DNA from: Tubulanus polymorphus
Lineage: Eukaryota; Animalia; Nemertea
Length of the DNA: 64,000 nucleotides
Direction: 5' to 3'
NCBI RefSeq assembly: GCF_964204645.1
Contig: NC_134033.1
Coordinates: 1,322,131-1,386,130 of the forward strand
Shown: piece by piece, positions 26,741 to 40,316 of the stretch
Layout of the letters: every line of letters begins with the position of its first letter
Position numbering within the stretch: position 1 is the stretch's first letter
Program-made: the position numbers and the translations under genes
Notes under the pieces: generated by a model
What the model was told of the DNA's origin: nothing
The model's database searches: none
Seen by the model: the letters and a program-made list of their open reading frames with translations, nothing else

Positions 26741-27270
26741 AAAGTTTGTAGTTACCCCACCTCCTGCCAGGGTTGGAAAACAGCCGGTAGAACTGATCTA
26801 AAAGTTTGTAGTTACCCCACCTCCCGCCAGGGTTGGAAAACAGCCAGTAGAACTGATACAAAAGTTTGTAGTTACCCCACCTCCTGCCAGGGTTGGAAAA
26901 CAGCCAGTAGAACTGATCTAAAAGTTTGTAGTTACCCCACCTCCCGCCAGGGTTGGAAAACAGCCAGTAGAACTGATACAAAAGTTTGTAGTTACCCCAC
27001 CTCCCGCCAGGGTTGGAAAACATCCAGTAGAACTGATCTAAAAGTTTGTAGTTACCCCACCTCCCGCCAGGGTGGGGGAACAGCCAGTAGAACTGATCTA
27101 AAAGTTTGTAGTTACCCCACCTCCCGCCAGGGTGGGGGAACAGCCAGTAGAACTGATCTAAAAGTTTGTAGTTACCCCACCTCCCGCCAGGGTGGGGGAA
27201 CAGCCAGTAGAACTAATCTAAAAGTTTGTAGTTACCCTACCTCCCGCCAGGGTGGGGGAACAGCCAGTAG
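26741..27270. repeat. Minisatellite, 60-bp unit x 9
   Basis: aaagtttgtagttaccccacctcccgccagggttggaaaacagccagtagaactgatcta, aligned line by line. Confidence 0.97.
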
Positions 27271-28751
27271 ATGACATACCCCTCCCCCCTCATAGATGTT
27301 GTGGTAGAAGATACTTGAGTTCTAGAGACTCTCCTCCTCACGGGCAGTATGAGCGAGACTGACTGCAACTTCAGAATCGAATTTGTCGTTAATTGATCGA
27401 GTAATTATTCATTAGAGAAACTTCCAAACCGCGCGTCATAACCGACTATTTACTCCGCGCGACCGTGACCTTTTAAAGTCTCTGTTCAACCGCGCGCTCG
27501 CTCTTGCTCATCGCGTGCGAGGTATCGATGAGAGTCATGGCGGCGACGGCGGCGGCGACGGCGGCGGCGGCGAGCCCTCGCGATATTAACGGTTTTCATC
27601 GATCTCACGGCGATACGAATAACGTATAACTAATTGTATCTAGTTACCCAGAGATGGATAGATACCTCCTTAAGGGCGGCGTCTAAGTATTTCCACTCGA
27701 GTCGCGGCGAATGCGCCGCAAATGAATGGACGACTAATTAATAGAAACCACTCAATAATTTCTTTCATACACTGGCGAGGAGGAATCTGATATACTCGAC
27801 GGATGGATGGATGTATTCTCTGCTTCCTCCCCGCGGGAGCAGAGACCTCCTATTCCAGTTAACCGTCTTTTACTATTTCGATTATACATAAGGCTCCCTT
27901 CAGGCTTTTCGACTGGATTTCTATATAATAGCTACTATTATTGTGTGACGCCATCAAAAATGTAATTTTCGTCTTATATCGTGTTTCATACGAAAGTGGT
28001 GCCATTATTGCGCTGCTACTTGATGTCGTCGGGTGTATTATGTTTCTCGGCTATGACTTCTGTTAATGGTTCCCGAGTACGCGCAGAAGTTTAGTCGAAT
28101 TGCCGTTAGACTCAGATCAAACCCACAGTTGTAGGCAAAAAAAAAACATTCTTCATTCCTGGCTATACCGGGACTCGAACCCGGGGCATCGAGTTGCAAA
28201 TTATGTGTTCTACCGTTAGACCACAGAACTCTGGTGACCATGAGTTTGTCAGTTTAGTATCCTGACCAATCAGCTTTATGGCGTCCAGTCACGTGTGTGA
28301 TAACCAGTCAGCTGTGAGGTGACTCGATTCCGACTAACAACACCCGCTATCATTATCTGATTACGACAGCAAAGACTGGTTGACTGTTACTTAAATGAGC
28401 TTAGACTGGTCTTAAGTTGTTAGATTGGTTATAGAACCAAAATGAGCTTCAACTGGTCTAGGTTATTAGATTGGTTATAGAACCAACATGAGCTTAGACT
28501 GGTCTTAAGTTGTTAGATTGGATATAGAACCAAAATGAGTTTGAGACCAGTCTTGGATTTATGGCTCAAATCAGTGCCTCTTGCGTCACACCGTTAGTAG
28601 CAAAAGGAGTTAGTTCGGAATTGTATGTGGGTATAAACCTGTTTGCTTTCAAATAATCCTCACACGAACTATATATGTATCAGTGTGATGTGTATCTTGC
28701 ACAATTGTTTAAACTGGATGATTTTGAAATGGTTTTGAGTTGAGAGAGAGA

Positions 28752-28792
<41 letters not shown>

Positions 28793-29637
28793 ACTGCTGT
28801 TGACAGTGATGTATGTGGCGATACGGAGCTAGTGAAACTGTAGAAACGGAACACTGCAGACTATAACGACATGTTGATGGCGGTGTTATTATTGAACATG
28901 TCAAATCGTCGTCTCTTTTCACGTCACTGCGTTTTCCGTCATTTTCTCTCCTACGAAAAAATACCCGAGGCCCAATTTCTATTTCAAATTCTATTTAGTA
29001 AGAGTACGTCGCCATTTGGATAAGTCGTCACATTACTGAAGTCATCTCTATTTTTGAGTCTCAATTTGCATTTCTAATTCAATTCACTAAGTATAAGCCA
29101 TCATTTGGATAAGTCGTCACATTACTGAAGTTATCGAGTCCAATTCCCATTCCGCATTCATCATCTAGTTTTCTATTTCTAATTCTAACTAATCTTTGTA
29201 TTTCTAATTAATTTTACTAAGTGTACGTCATCATTTGGATAGGCCGTCACATTACTGAAATCAGCTCGATTTTTTTGTCAAAGTTGTATTTCTAATTCGT
29301 GTAAGTCATCATTTCTAGTACGAGTCCGGTGTAAATGTGAAAAACTGCTTCTTGTATTGAGAGCTCAAACCAAATTGATGTTAAACCTAACCTCAGCTTG
29401 ATGTTGTTGCATTCGCTATCATATCCGAGTGACGTATAAGCGGGTTCGAATCCTGCTGGCCGCTTACAGCGCGCGGGTTACACTTCAAAGGCTGAGGTCC
29501 CATCGTGAGGTTCCATGAATAATACAAAGGATTAGTCTCGGGAAACCGAGATCAAAAACCATATTTTCAAAGCGACCTTTTCTGAATTATTTTTTTTTTA
29601 AACTCTAACCATCTTTTTCTTGATGTTCTCTTTACAG

Positions 29638-29808
29638 AAAATGGAACTCGTCCGTTGTTGAACGGTAGAAGGCGGACATTCCCGGTGATATTGTTCATAC
29701 ACGGTGAATCGTATTCTATGGGTACCGGTAACGCGTATGACGGTAGCGTCCTAGCGAGCTTCGGTCAATGCATCGTTATCACTATCAACTACCGACTAGG
29801 AGTTCTAG
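29638..29808 (+). CDS. NLGN: Neuroligin, first coding exon visible in window (gene is 5'-partial)
   Basis: Acceptor tttacag|AA at 29637/8, donor G|gtaaga at 29808/9. Translates [57 protein letters not shown], the carboxylesterase/neuroligin 'PVxxFIHGxSY..G.GN..DGSVLAS.G..IVIT.NYRLG' block. Phase 1 joins the exon at 44954. Confidence 0.95.
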
Positions 29809-31204
29809 GTAAGAGACTGAAAAAATACACCTTAAAATTAACGAAACCTCAATCCGAATTCATGGCCTTTTTCTAAAGAACAATACCAAGGAATGAAATA
29901 TTGGTAATGGTTTTTATAGAGAAACACCAAAAATTCGGATTTATAAAAATTGAATTGTTTATATAACGATATTTTAAATCTTTCGGCTCGTATTGTGGCA
30001 TTCAACTCTTAAATTGCGACGTTTTACCTCTCGGCACCACGGAGTAGAGTCCATACATCGAATTGTTTTGAGTTGATGATGAACAGTTCATAGTTCTGCC
30101 CTGAATCGAGTACAACATGATTAGGAGCGGATTTCGGGAATGGGCTCTACAGTCCGCAACCCCTGTCTTCTCATTGAGGAGGCCCATTTGTTTAAATCAG
30201 AGGTCGTTAGAACCTGCTGATTTGACATTCATCCTGTGGTCTGACATGGCTGTTTTATGTGAAAATGCATTTTCTTTTCTTCTGGACCCCGTGGCCTAGG
30301 TTCGCCTAGATCAGCCCTGCTGCTGAACGGACTCTGTTCCACTGTGGACGTTCTAGAACCAGTTCCGAAGTTATACGACCCAAACGATCCCATTTTTTTT
30401 CGGTTACTTCTGACTTTGTAGAGTAGACATTAGTCCCATTTCCAATGTTTTTGCCCAAGAGACAAATTTTTACCGATAGAACCGTGAGATTGATCCTGGG
30501 TCCTGTCGGTCGTGATATTTGTGGCAAAATTAGGTAAAATGTTCACGAATTTGACCTAAACTGTGGAATTGTGATACGCAGGCGATGACCAAAAACGTGA
30601 GTTAAATTCTACGATCGAATAGTTGTAAATGAACGAGAAGTTGACTGATAGAATTACGGTTAACTAAACAGTTATAGATCCTGTTATGGTCTGGACAGAA
30701 AATACAACGGCCAGTGATTCAGGAGTCAGAAACTTTATAGTTATAATATTATATTATGTATATTTAACCGTTCTTTAGATATCATATTCCCCCTCCCCTC
30801 ACTCCCCTCCTCTCACTCCCCCCCCCCTTTCACAGAGATCATAAACCATTAGATTATCTGATAGTGGCTTCTATAGTGTCAATAATATTTGCCAGTATTT
30901 CATGATTTACGGTCACTTACTCCTGCGATAAGAACGTGATTTATGATCGACCAAAATCTCTCTTAAAATATCCTCTTATTGCGGTATCTGTTTTATAGTG
31001 GACCCTGACTGAGACTGGCTTCAGAATCACATCAATACACCCCCCCCCCCTCCACCCAAACTTGACCATTCATTCTTTCGATGTATAACCAATCGTTTTA
31101 TAGAAATCTTGCCTACGAAACCGGCTGAAAGTGTTGATGAAACACTCTGAATCCGTTAGATATCCCGCACACTAAGAATAAAAAGAGTCTGAAATATTTC
31201 CTGA

Positions 31205-31468
31205 GGTAGTTTATTCAACGTTTCGACTATATCCTAATAGCAATCTTCAGGAATACTGTATTCCTTGAGCTAGTGTAGTTTATTCAACGTTTCGACTATA
31301 TCCTAATAGTCATCTACAGGAATACTGTATTCCTTGAGCTAGTGTAGTTTATTCAACGTTTCGACTATATCCTGATAGCAATCTTCGGGAATACTGTATT
31401 CCTTGAGCTAGTGTAGTTTATTCAACGTTTCGACTTAATTCTAAAAGTCATAATCAGGAATACTGTTT
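31205..31468 (-). repeat. ~4 degenerate copies of the same 69-bp hammerhead unit (neuroligin intron)
   Basis: Repeats of ttccttgagctagtgtagtttattcaacgtttcgactatatcctaatagtcatcttcaggaatactgta. Each copy has a core or stem II substitution. Confidence 0.85.
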
Positions 31469-31659
31469 TTACAATTATTATGAGATTGAATGCAGAATTA
31501 AGACACTTGAGCAATTAGATGCGATGGTTAAAATACTTCAACCTACGAAACGTCGATATCGTTTCGTCAGAAAATAGAAATAGAAAATGTTCCAGAGGTT
31601 TGAAATTGAAGTAATGATAATAATGAATATCTGAGGAGAGTTAACGTGGTACCAGGCTC

Positions 31660-31897
31660 AGAATACTAGTGAAAGAGAATACTAGTTAACAGAATACTAG
31701 TGAGGAGAGTTAAGAGAATCCTAGTGAAAGAGAATACTAGTTAACAGAATACTAGTGAGGAGAGTTAAGAGAATCCTAGTGAAAGAGAATACTAGTTAAC
31801 AGAATACTAATGAGGAGAGTTAGTTAAGAGAATCCTAGTGAAAGAGAATACTAGTTAACAGAATACTAGTGAGGAGAGTTAAGAGAATACTAGTGAA
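31660..31897. repeat. Compound agaatactag-based tandem repeat
   Basis: agaatactagtgaaagagaatactagttaacagaatactagtgaggagagttaag x ~4. Confidence 0.9.
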
Positions 31898-32211
31898 ATC
31901 CGTATCGATATTTCATTTACGAGAAATTCATCGATAAGTCATCGGCTGATTATCCAGCCGTCGATTCTCTTTGCGAAAATAGCGAGGCGCCTTTAGAAAG
32001 ACTAAGGAATTCTATCGTAGAACAATAAGCACGAATCAGGCGCCTAATTGCAGCCCGTTGTAGTGACGGATTTTTACGCATTGTGCAATTTAATCAGCAG
32101 AAGCCATCCGATAACTCGTCTTTATAGCGCGGTGTAATGCGGTAAATAGTACGACTAATGTACCCGCTCTATCTCTCTTCATTAACGTGACAAGAGCAGC
32201 AACAGCAGCAT

Positions 32212-32262
<51 letters not shown>

Positions 32263-32844
32263 GCCTTAGGATATCTGAAAAAAGTACATTTTAATCAATT
32301 GTGGTTACAAAAATATTCACCATAGAACAGCAAGCAGTATGGCCTATTTGGATATCAGAGTGCCCTTTTTGGCTATGATAATTCCTTCAAAATTGACTTC
32401 TAAATCCAGCTCTGCCTTTATGCGTTTTACCACGAATACGTATGTTTACTTCACATCACACTCCGGTAGAGAATTAGTGTGGCATCATTATGACAGCAGC
32501 AGCAGCAGCAGCGGCTGCGGCAAGCGAGTCAAGAGAATTTAAAAACTAAATGAAACTAATAGATTTCGAAATTCGCCTCGAAATTGCCTCAATTCGACTC
32601 GGTAACTGAGAACCGCGGTATCAGCAGCGGACGGCGAGCAGACGAGCAATGTGTCGTCTGTGATGTTTACTAATTTACCGACTGATAAAGTCAGTCACCA
32701 GCGCAACCATCAAGAATATTAGTTGTGTAAAATTAATTTCGAACACAGATCGCGGTTGATATCTACGCACGCGGCCCCGAGGCTTGATTTAGGAGCATAA
32801 AAAATGTTTAATCTAATGAATTGTGATTTGCTTCGACACTGAAT

Positions 32845-33632
32845 ATCTGAATACATGTGAAGTGTGGACGATCAGTTTTTGAAAGTGCGCTGATAAAATA
32901 TCTAATATCTGGTGTTTGTAGTTCATTTTCAATTAGAAATGTCTAAGGTAAAGTTTTGAACACGTGTGAAGTGTGGACGATCAGTCTTTGAAAATGTGCT
33001 GATAAAATGTCTAATATCTGGTGTTTGTAGTTCATTTTCAATTAGAAATGTCTCAGGTGAAGCACTGAACACATGTGAAGTGTGGACGATCAGTTTATGA
33101 AAGTATGCTGATAAAATGTCTAATGTCTGGTGTTTGTAGTTCATTTTCAATTAGAAATGTCTCAGGTGAAGCACTGAACACATGTGAAGTGTGGACGATC
33201 AGTTTTTGAAAGTGTGCCGATAAAATGTCTAATATCTGGTGTTTGTAGTTCATTTTCAATTCAAAATGTATCAGTTGAAGCACTGAACACATGTGAAGTG
33301 TGGACGATCAGTTTATGAAAGGATGCTGATAAAATGTCTAATGTCTGGTGTTTGTAGTTCATTTTCAATTAGAAATGTCTCAGGTGAAGCACTGAACACA
33401 TGTGAAGTGTGGACGATCAGTTTTTGAAAGTGTGCCGATAAAATGTCTAATGTCTGGTGTTTGTAGTTCATTTTCAATTGAAAATGTCTCAGGTGAAGCA
33501 CTGAACACATGTGAAGTGTGGACGATCAGTTTTTGAAAATTTGTTGATAAAATGTGTATTGTCTGGTGTTTGTAGTTCATTTTCGGTAAAAAAATCACTG
33601 AACACAATCATGTGCAGTGTGGACGATCAGTT
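32845..33632. repeat. Minisatellite, 109-bp unit x ~7; solitary inverted fragment at ~13763-13830
   Basis: cactgaacacatgtgaagtgtggacgatcagtt...gtttgtagttcattttcaattagaaatgtctcaggtgaag. Copies start at 33063, 33172 and so on. Confidence 0.95.
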
Positions 33633-34289
33633 TAAGGGATAAAATGTGGACGATAAGAAGGACGATGATTTAAAGTATTAGTCTGTGTGACGGGTTGCCG
33701 CTGAGGGTCCAGGGAGACTGATGTCCGTTTGACGACTAACACTCATACTGCTGTCTGCTGCTGTGCAGAGTTCCCATTAAAGAATTCATTATTATCGACA
33801 CGGTGGTCCGGTTCCGCGTCCGATTCCGTGATGAGTCCTAATTGATGGTCGTTCAACCGATTACAACCTCATAACCGACACAACGCATTCGATACATCCG
33901 CCGTGCTCACACGCGCGTATGAATACACTGATAATACCACACCGAACAGGTGATTAGGTCTGGTAATTGTGTTGCGTGAAATTGCGTTACACGTGAAAAT
34001 AGGAAATACCGTTGATTAAATTGACGTGACAGTGCCCGGTGCGCAAATCGAATTAACCGTCGAATTTTAGCCGGATTTTCTAACGGAAGTTTTTCGAAAC
34101 GGTATCTCGTCCGGAAATCCCCTGATTCGACTGCAGTTTAAAATAGTATAATTGAACCGATTATTCGAGATTTGCAAGTCAAATTAGTCCCGAACTTTTA
34201 AACTGGTTTTAATTGTTTTGCCGAAGTTTTAAGTTCCACTTTATTCTGTAGATGATTCCTAGATTCCTGGATTGCCACAATGTCCTACT

Positions 34290-34715
34290 GCACACTAGTG
34301 ACACCTGGTGGATCTGTACTTGTCATAAGCTGGATGCATCGTCTATATATTGCCGCAGTATTTGATGTCCTACTACGGTGGATCTTCACTTGCCACAAGT
34401 GGAATCCTCTATTGCGGCAGAAGTTTATGTCCTAGTATTCACTAGCGACACCTGGTGGATCCTCGATTGTCACATGCCTATTGCTGCAGTAGTTGATATC
34501 CTACTGCACACCAGCGACACCTGGTGAATCCTCAATTGTCACAGGCCTATTGCCGCAGTAGTTGATGTCCTACTGCACACTAGCGACACCTGGTGGATCC
34601 TCAATTGTCACAGGCCTATTGCCGCAGTAGTTGATGTCCTACTGCACACTAGCGACACCTGGTGGATCCTCAATTGTCACAGGCCTATTGCCGCAGTAGT
34701 TGATGTCCTACTGCA
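34290..34715. repeat. 69-bp tandem of a dispersed 'gacacctggtggatcc' family (also ~17100-17450 inverted, ~41070-41325)
   Basis: actagcgacacctggtggatcctcaattgtcacaggcctattgccgcagtagttgatgtcctactgcac, about 4 good copies plus diverged ones. Confidence 0.88.
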
Positions 34716-36149
34716 TATAACGTTACCTTCACCCTAAACAGTCATTCACATTGTTCAGATGAAAATGCGATTAAATCCGTTTACTCCACGCGCGGCGAAG
34801 TCACAAAATACAAAATACAAATCAGAGAAATTAGAAATATCGATTGCAATTAAACTAATGACACAAACTGTCAAAAGTCGGAGAGAGGAGAGAGAGAAGA
34901 GAGAGGAGAGAGAGAAGAGAGAGAGGAGAGAGAGGAGAGAGAGGAGAGAGAAGAGAGAGAGGAGATTACCGTTATTACTGTGTCTGTCGTTGTTTAAATC
35001 TACTCGCTGTCTGTACACCATTCATCATCTCTACAACTGCTACAACAGTCGATTCACTATCTGTTTTCTGTCATTGAATTCATTCTGGAAAGCGATTATC
35101 CCCTTTCGGCTCATCGAATTGCAGCTAGAGTTCGTAGACATTTCTCTGGTATTTTGTTCCTTTGAGGCCCGCGACGAAACATTCGACCTCATGATATGAC
35201 ATCCATAAACGCGCGGGGCGGTTTGCGCATGAATTCCAATTTGATTGCGTATATTCTTCGCTGTTTTCACGCATTAAGCCACTTAAACCTTACACGAGGC
35301 CTACACAACGCAATGACTTAATGATGCTTTGTTGAAATGTCTGGTAACATGTTCTTTTGAGGTCTAATGAAACATGTCTCACTGGGACATAGGCCCACAG
35401 TGCCTGCCGTGTTCAGGGATTCCGCGTCGTGAGCTGTTCTCAAGCCTTGGACCTTAGATTTGATATAAGATATTGCCCATTTCGGGTTGAGTCTTCTTCA
35501 CAAGTTCAGAGAGTATTCTTTTTGGAAATGATTTTTTTATTAAGAGCAGGGAGAGGAGAGGAGAGAGAGAGGAGAGGGAAGATTATTATGTGAGATGAGA
35601 GAAAAAGGTGGAATAGGTAAAGAAGGGAGAGTGAGGAGAGAGAGAGAGGACGGATGTGAGAGGAGGGAGAGGTGAAATAGGGAGAAAGAGAGAGGATGTA
35701 CTCTTTGAGAGCAAGGTCATATAGCCAGCAGAAATAAAATCGTTCCATTTTAAGAAATACCCGTTAACAATTTCGACTAATATTTCAATCGAATCGATTT
35801 GTTTCCTTAGCTAAGTTTGAACGCCTGTCAGCAGTCAGCCTACACTGTAGGGCTGTGACGTGATCACTGAACTTGATACGTATATTGCACTAAGCGATTG
35901 TCATTAACCAGCGGCGTAAAATACTTTAAAAAAACCTTCCAGGCTTTTCTAGGGATATAGCAATCGTTTATATCGTGTACTTCTACCGTATCGGGTTTTT
36001 AGATTTTCTACTATTAAATTAGACGTTTCTTTCTACGTTGATAGATGCGCTCGTAGCGTCAAGCGCCGAACAAAGGCGCGACGTACACGAAGTTAAACTG
36101 CGAGGGTAAAATGATAGGTTTGAGGCTGAATCAGAAGTCTCATTCCGGT

Positions 36150-36680
36150 TTGATTGTGTTCCCAGGGCTTTTAAAATAGCTGATGTTAATGTATAAAAAT
36201 GGGTATCGGCATCAATGCAGCGATTACCGGTCCTAGATTTTCCATCTCAATTCATTCAATCAATTTTGTAAGACTCAGCCACACTCACTGTATCACTCAC
36301 TGACGAGACAGGCCTTTGCGCGTGTGTTTATCGACCTGTTAAAGGCATTTGACACCTTTAAGCTTGATATCTTAGTTTCTAAGCGTGAACAACACAGTGT
36401 TCTTGGCAAGTTCAAAAGCTTTACATCACAGGTCGAAAACAAGCGGTCAAGTTTAAAAACAGCTTATCTTTAACTGTGTTTATAACTTCCGGTGTTTCGC
36501 AAGGTTCCATACTATGACTTATATGTTCTTAGTATATAAATAAGTATCTGAATTCTTGTCAATTACTGGACTAGATTTTTGTAGTACTCTAGTTAAACAA
36601 AGGTTAGAGGACGTACCTAACAGCGAGTAAAATCGGTTTACAGCCAATCGCCTATATTTCCGCTAAATATCAATATATAA
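36150..36680 (+). mobile_element. Decayed CR1/L2-like LINE reverse-transcriptase fragment
   Basis: VFIDLLKAFDT (~36323-36356), GRKQ.V-like and ITSGVSQGSIL (~36482-36514), with frameshifts and stops. Confidence 0.75.
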
Positions 36681-37499
36681 ATCCAATTACATTATTTGAG
36701 GATTACGCGTGTGGACTAAACGTGTTCTTGAGATTAAACGCAGAATATTGTTGGTAATGGTTCTGTCTCTGACTTGATGGAGCTTCTGGGGTAGCGGCTG
36801 CTCTCTCCTGATGCAGCTGCAAGAAGTAGCGGTTATAGTTCTCTTTGTGGCAGATGCAGCAGGAAGGAGGCAGCCCTCGGCTGGCGCAGCTGCAACAGGT
36901 AGCGGTTATAGTTATCATTCTCCTGTTGCCGATGCGGATGTCAGGTACGATTAATTCTCATGTAGCAATAACCGATCGCGACAAAATCGCATTTCCGGTT
37001 ACACGGTGCTCGATATTACACGCTTCAGCGGCCGTTACCGTGACGACGTCCCGTTTAAACCGCAAACTGCCGGCATTGTTGCGTGTCATATCGTCGTCGC
37101 CGCGACGACGATATTTTCATCAGCCAACAGATTTTTTCGCATTATTGCTCAATTGAACCGGATAAACGGTGACGACCGGCTATCAATCGGTTTCACAGAC
37201 CCAGAAAATAGGATACAAATTACATTTTCTCATTCATAAATATGATGATTGTTCGTTCTTTACGATACCACCGCACACTTAAGTCGCGGAAATTTCCGGT
37301 CACTCTGACCTTGAGTTGCGTTAACTAATTGACATCATCCTCGGGATTGCCAATCGTTTTGGGGATCCCTACCAGTTTACGTCATCCTCGGGATTGCCAA
37401 TGGTTTGGGGATCCCTACTAGTTGATAGGTAAATCAATAGTTTTTCTACTAATTTCGTTGCTTGGTTATTGATTATATATGTTATGATTGAGATATGTA

Positions 37500-37601
37500 C
37501 GGAAGCCCCTAGATGACATACGAGATGATTTTTTCATAATTTCGATGCGTTGAATTTTGACTTATTATGTCGAAATCTCGTATGTCACTTAGGGGCTTCC
37601 G
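37500..37601. mobile_element. TA-flanked MITE (Tc1/mariner-type TSD), copy 1
   Basis: ta|CGGAAGCCCCTAGATGACATACGAGAT...ATCTCGTATGTCACTTAGGGGCTTCCG|ta. Confidence 0.8.
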
Positions 37602-38084
37602 TATATATGGTTTCACAGAATTAGAAAAAACCTTTCTGCCGTCGTCATTTCGAGTGTCCCATAAGTTGTTGGTGAAATTTGATTTTCGAGTTTATCATCA
37701 ATCAATCCAGTCGCCGGATTCTCATCAAATTTCAAAAAGACGATTGAACTTGACTGAATTAATGTTGGCGCGCGCCGAGAGCCCTTCAGTCTGTAGGGCC
37801 GCACCATCCGCCCGATAACTATATACCTCTCAATGTCGCTGCCCGACGGAGGACGGCGCGAAATTAAACCGCAACAAAAACTCGTCTCAATTTCAAGAGT
37901 AAAATCAATGTTGGAATTATTCCGGTGGCGGAATGAAAATTGACGCGAGAACGCGAGAATTTAAATTGAATTTTTATTTATGGGATGTGTTTTTTTTTTA
38001 TTTATGGTTTGAAATTACCGACGAGACGAACTTCGAACATGAAACAGAGTTTAATTAAACAAACTGAATTATACAGCATCAAAC

Positions 38085-38362
38085 AAACTGCAGTTCTACA
38101 CCGCCTGAAACCCCTGAAACTATAGACTGTGGAACTAACGCAATTCTACACCGCCTGAAACCCCTTAAACTGCAAACTGAATTTACTAACACAGTTCTAC
38201 ACCGCCTGAAACCCCTGAAACTGAAGACTGTGGAATCAACGCAGTTGTACACCGCCTGAAACCCCTGAAACTGAAAACTGGAACTAACGCAGTTCTACAC
38301 CGCCTGAAACCCCTTAAACTGCAAACTGGAACTAACGCAGTTCTACACCGCCTGAAACCCCT
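38085..38362. repeat. ~45-48-bp tandem repeat x ~6
   Basis: aactaacgcagttctacaccgcctgaaacccctgaaactg... Confidence 0.9.
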
Positions 38363-40133
38363 ATATTGGTTACTAAACACGATAAAATGATTGACATAAA
38401 AAGACCCTTGGAGTTTTTAACTTCAACATTTAAGATTTTACCCCTATCAAACATAAGACACGGAATGATATATTTTGACGTATGGTGGTCGAAAACACAA
38501 ATTGATTCTTGTCTGACACCTAAACCCTCAACGTTTTCTGTACTGACCCCTGATTTTCTCTTTCATGCACAGCGACGCCCTTAATTTGTTTGCACATGTA
38601 TAAATAATTTCACTCTATTCCTTGCCCACTCAAACCGGGGCTACAAGGCGGTATGATCGGGGGTTTATTTTGACTATTAATAATACAAAACTGGAGAAAT
38701 AACCGGTGGCTTAGGCCGCAGGATGATACACACACACTGATCATTTCAAATGACGGGTAGGTTACTGTGAAAACAAAACCGAAAGGTCGTCACGAGATCG
38801 TATGGGAGGTTGAAATGATTTGTTTAAAAACAAGCAGAGACAGTCGTAGGTCGTACCAGGCCAAACATCGAGCAGACCACGTAACGTCAGTCAAACGTTT
38901 GGAAAATGTCAAAAATGATTTTCCGTTTCAAACCCGGACGGTTTTAAAATGTTACGTTTGTTTACGCAGATTTCAAACCCACGTCGTTTTTCGAAACCAG
39001 CAAAAACAAGTTTTAATTAGTCTCTCCTTCTATCCGTGTGTCGATTATAATTAAATGTCACACTGCAATGTTTGCGCGTTTTTGTTGAGCAACACACTCT
39101 AATCGATTCAGTTCGGCCTCGGGCCACACGAGGGCGCCGTTTCCCAGAAATCAATCGATCGAGTTTAAAAATGGCGACGATCTTCAAACGGTGGCGTTTT
39201 GTTTACGATTCTCTGGTTCTTCATTCATAAAGCTTTCGGTGTCTATGATGTGGAGCGCTCCGGGCGACTCGGAAACTATAGCTATTGAGATCGCTTTGAA
39301 CGCTGCCGCTTCTGCTGTTCCTTCTGCTGCGGTTCTGTCAAATTTTAAACATTCTTTCGCTCTCAATTTTACTTAACTTCAAAGTGTCTGAAGTTATATC
39401 GGTATTGAGTTTTTCTGTATCGAAACCGTTTGTAATTTGAATATTCACACAAAGCAACAGTTTTAGTTTTTTTTCTACTTCATGTGTTTCTAGGCTATTT
39501 GTATAGCTGTATGACAATATAGAGTACTCAAGATTTTTGAAACTTACTGGGTTCAGAACTGTGGAACTGGGTTCAGGACTGTGGAACTGGGTTCAGAACT
39601 GTGGAACTGGGTTCAGGACTGTGGACCTGGGTTCAGAACTGTGGAACTGGGTTCAGGACTGTGGAACTTGGTTCAGAACCGTGGAACTGGGCCTAGATTT
39701 TGCTGAAATGTACAGATCCTGGTTCGCTGAATAATCACTTTACGCTGGTCCCTGAAGCCCGCTCCTCGTCCTGCCCCCCTCCCCCATCCCCTCACCACTC
39801 CCCGCTCCCTAAATTTCACACACTATGACTAGCACAATTTTTGATGGAAGATAAATGAACTGTTGATCAATGAATATAAACCCGAGAGCAGCCGACATTG
39901 ATCGATGTGCTGCTGCTGCTGGACCCCGTTATTCATCATCACTCTTACTCTGGAACCACACACAAAACACGTATCAGATGTAAATGTATCATTCCTTCAA
40001 GTGTTCGGCAGTGCGCGTCGAGCTCGACTACTGGCGACAGTCTACGTGACGCCGAGCGGTGTGTGTGCGGCAGGAGAGGTAAACTAATACCTAGAACTAG
40101 CCGGCCACACGCGCGCGAGGTCACCGGATATTA

Positions 40134-40316
40134 CGGAAGCCCATTGGTGACATACGAGATAATCTGTTCACAATTTCGACATGATAAGTCAAATTTCGAA
40201 ATACTGAGTCGAATTTCGACATAGTTAATTAGAAATTCGACAAATCATGTCGAAATTTGACATAACAAGTCGAAATTATGAAAAAAATTATCTCGTATGT
40301 CACCAAGGGGCTTCCG
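40134..40316. mobile_element. TA-flanked MITE, copy 2 of same family (longer interior)
   Basis: ta|CGGAAGCCCATTGGTGACATACGAGATAAT...ATTATCTCGTATGTCACCAAGGGGCTTCCG|ta. Confidence 0.82.
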
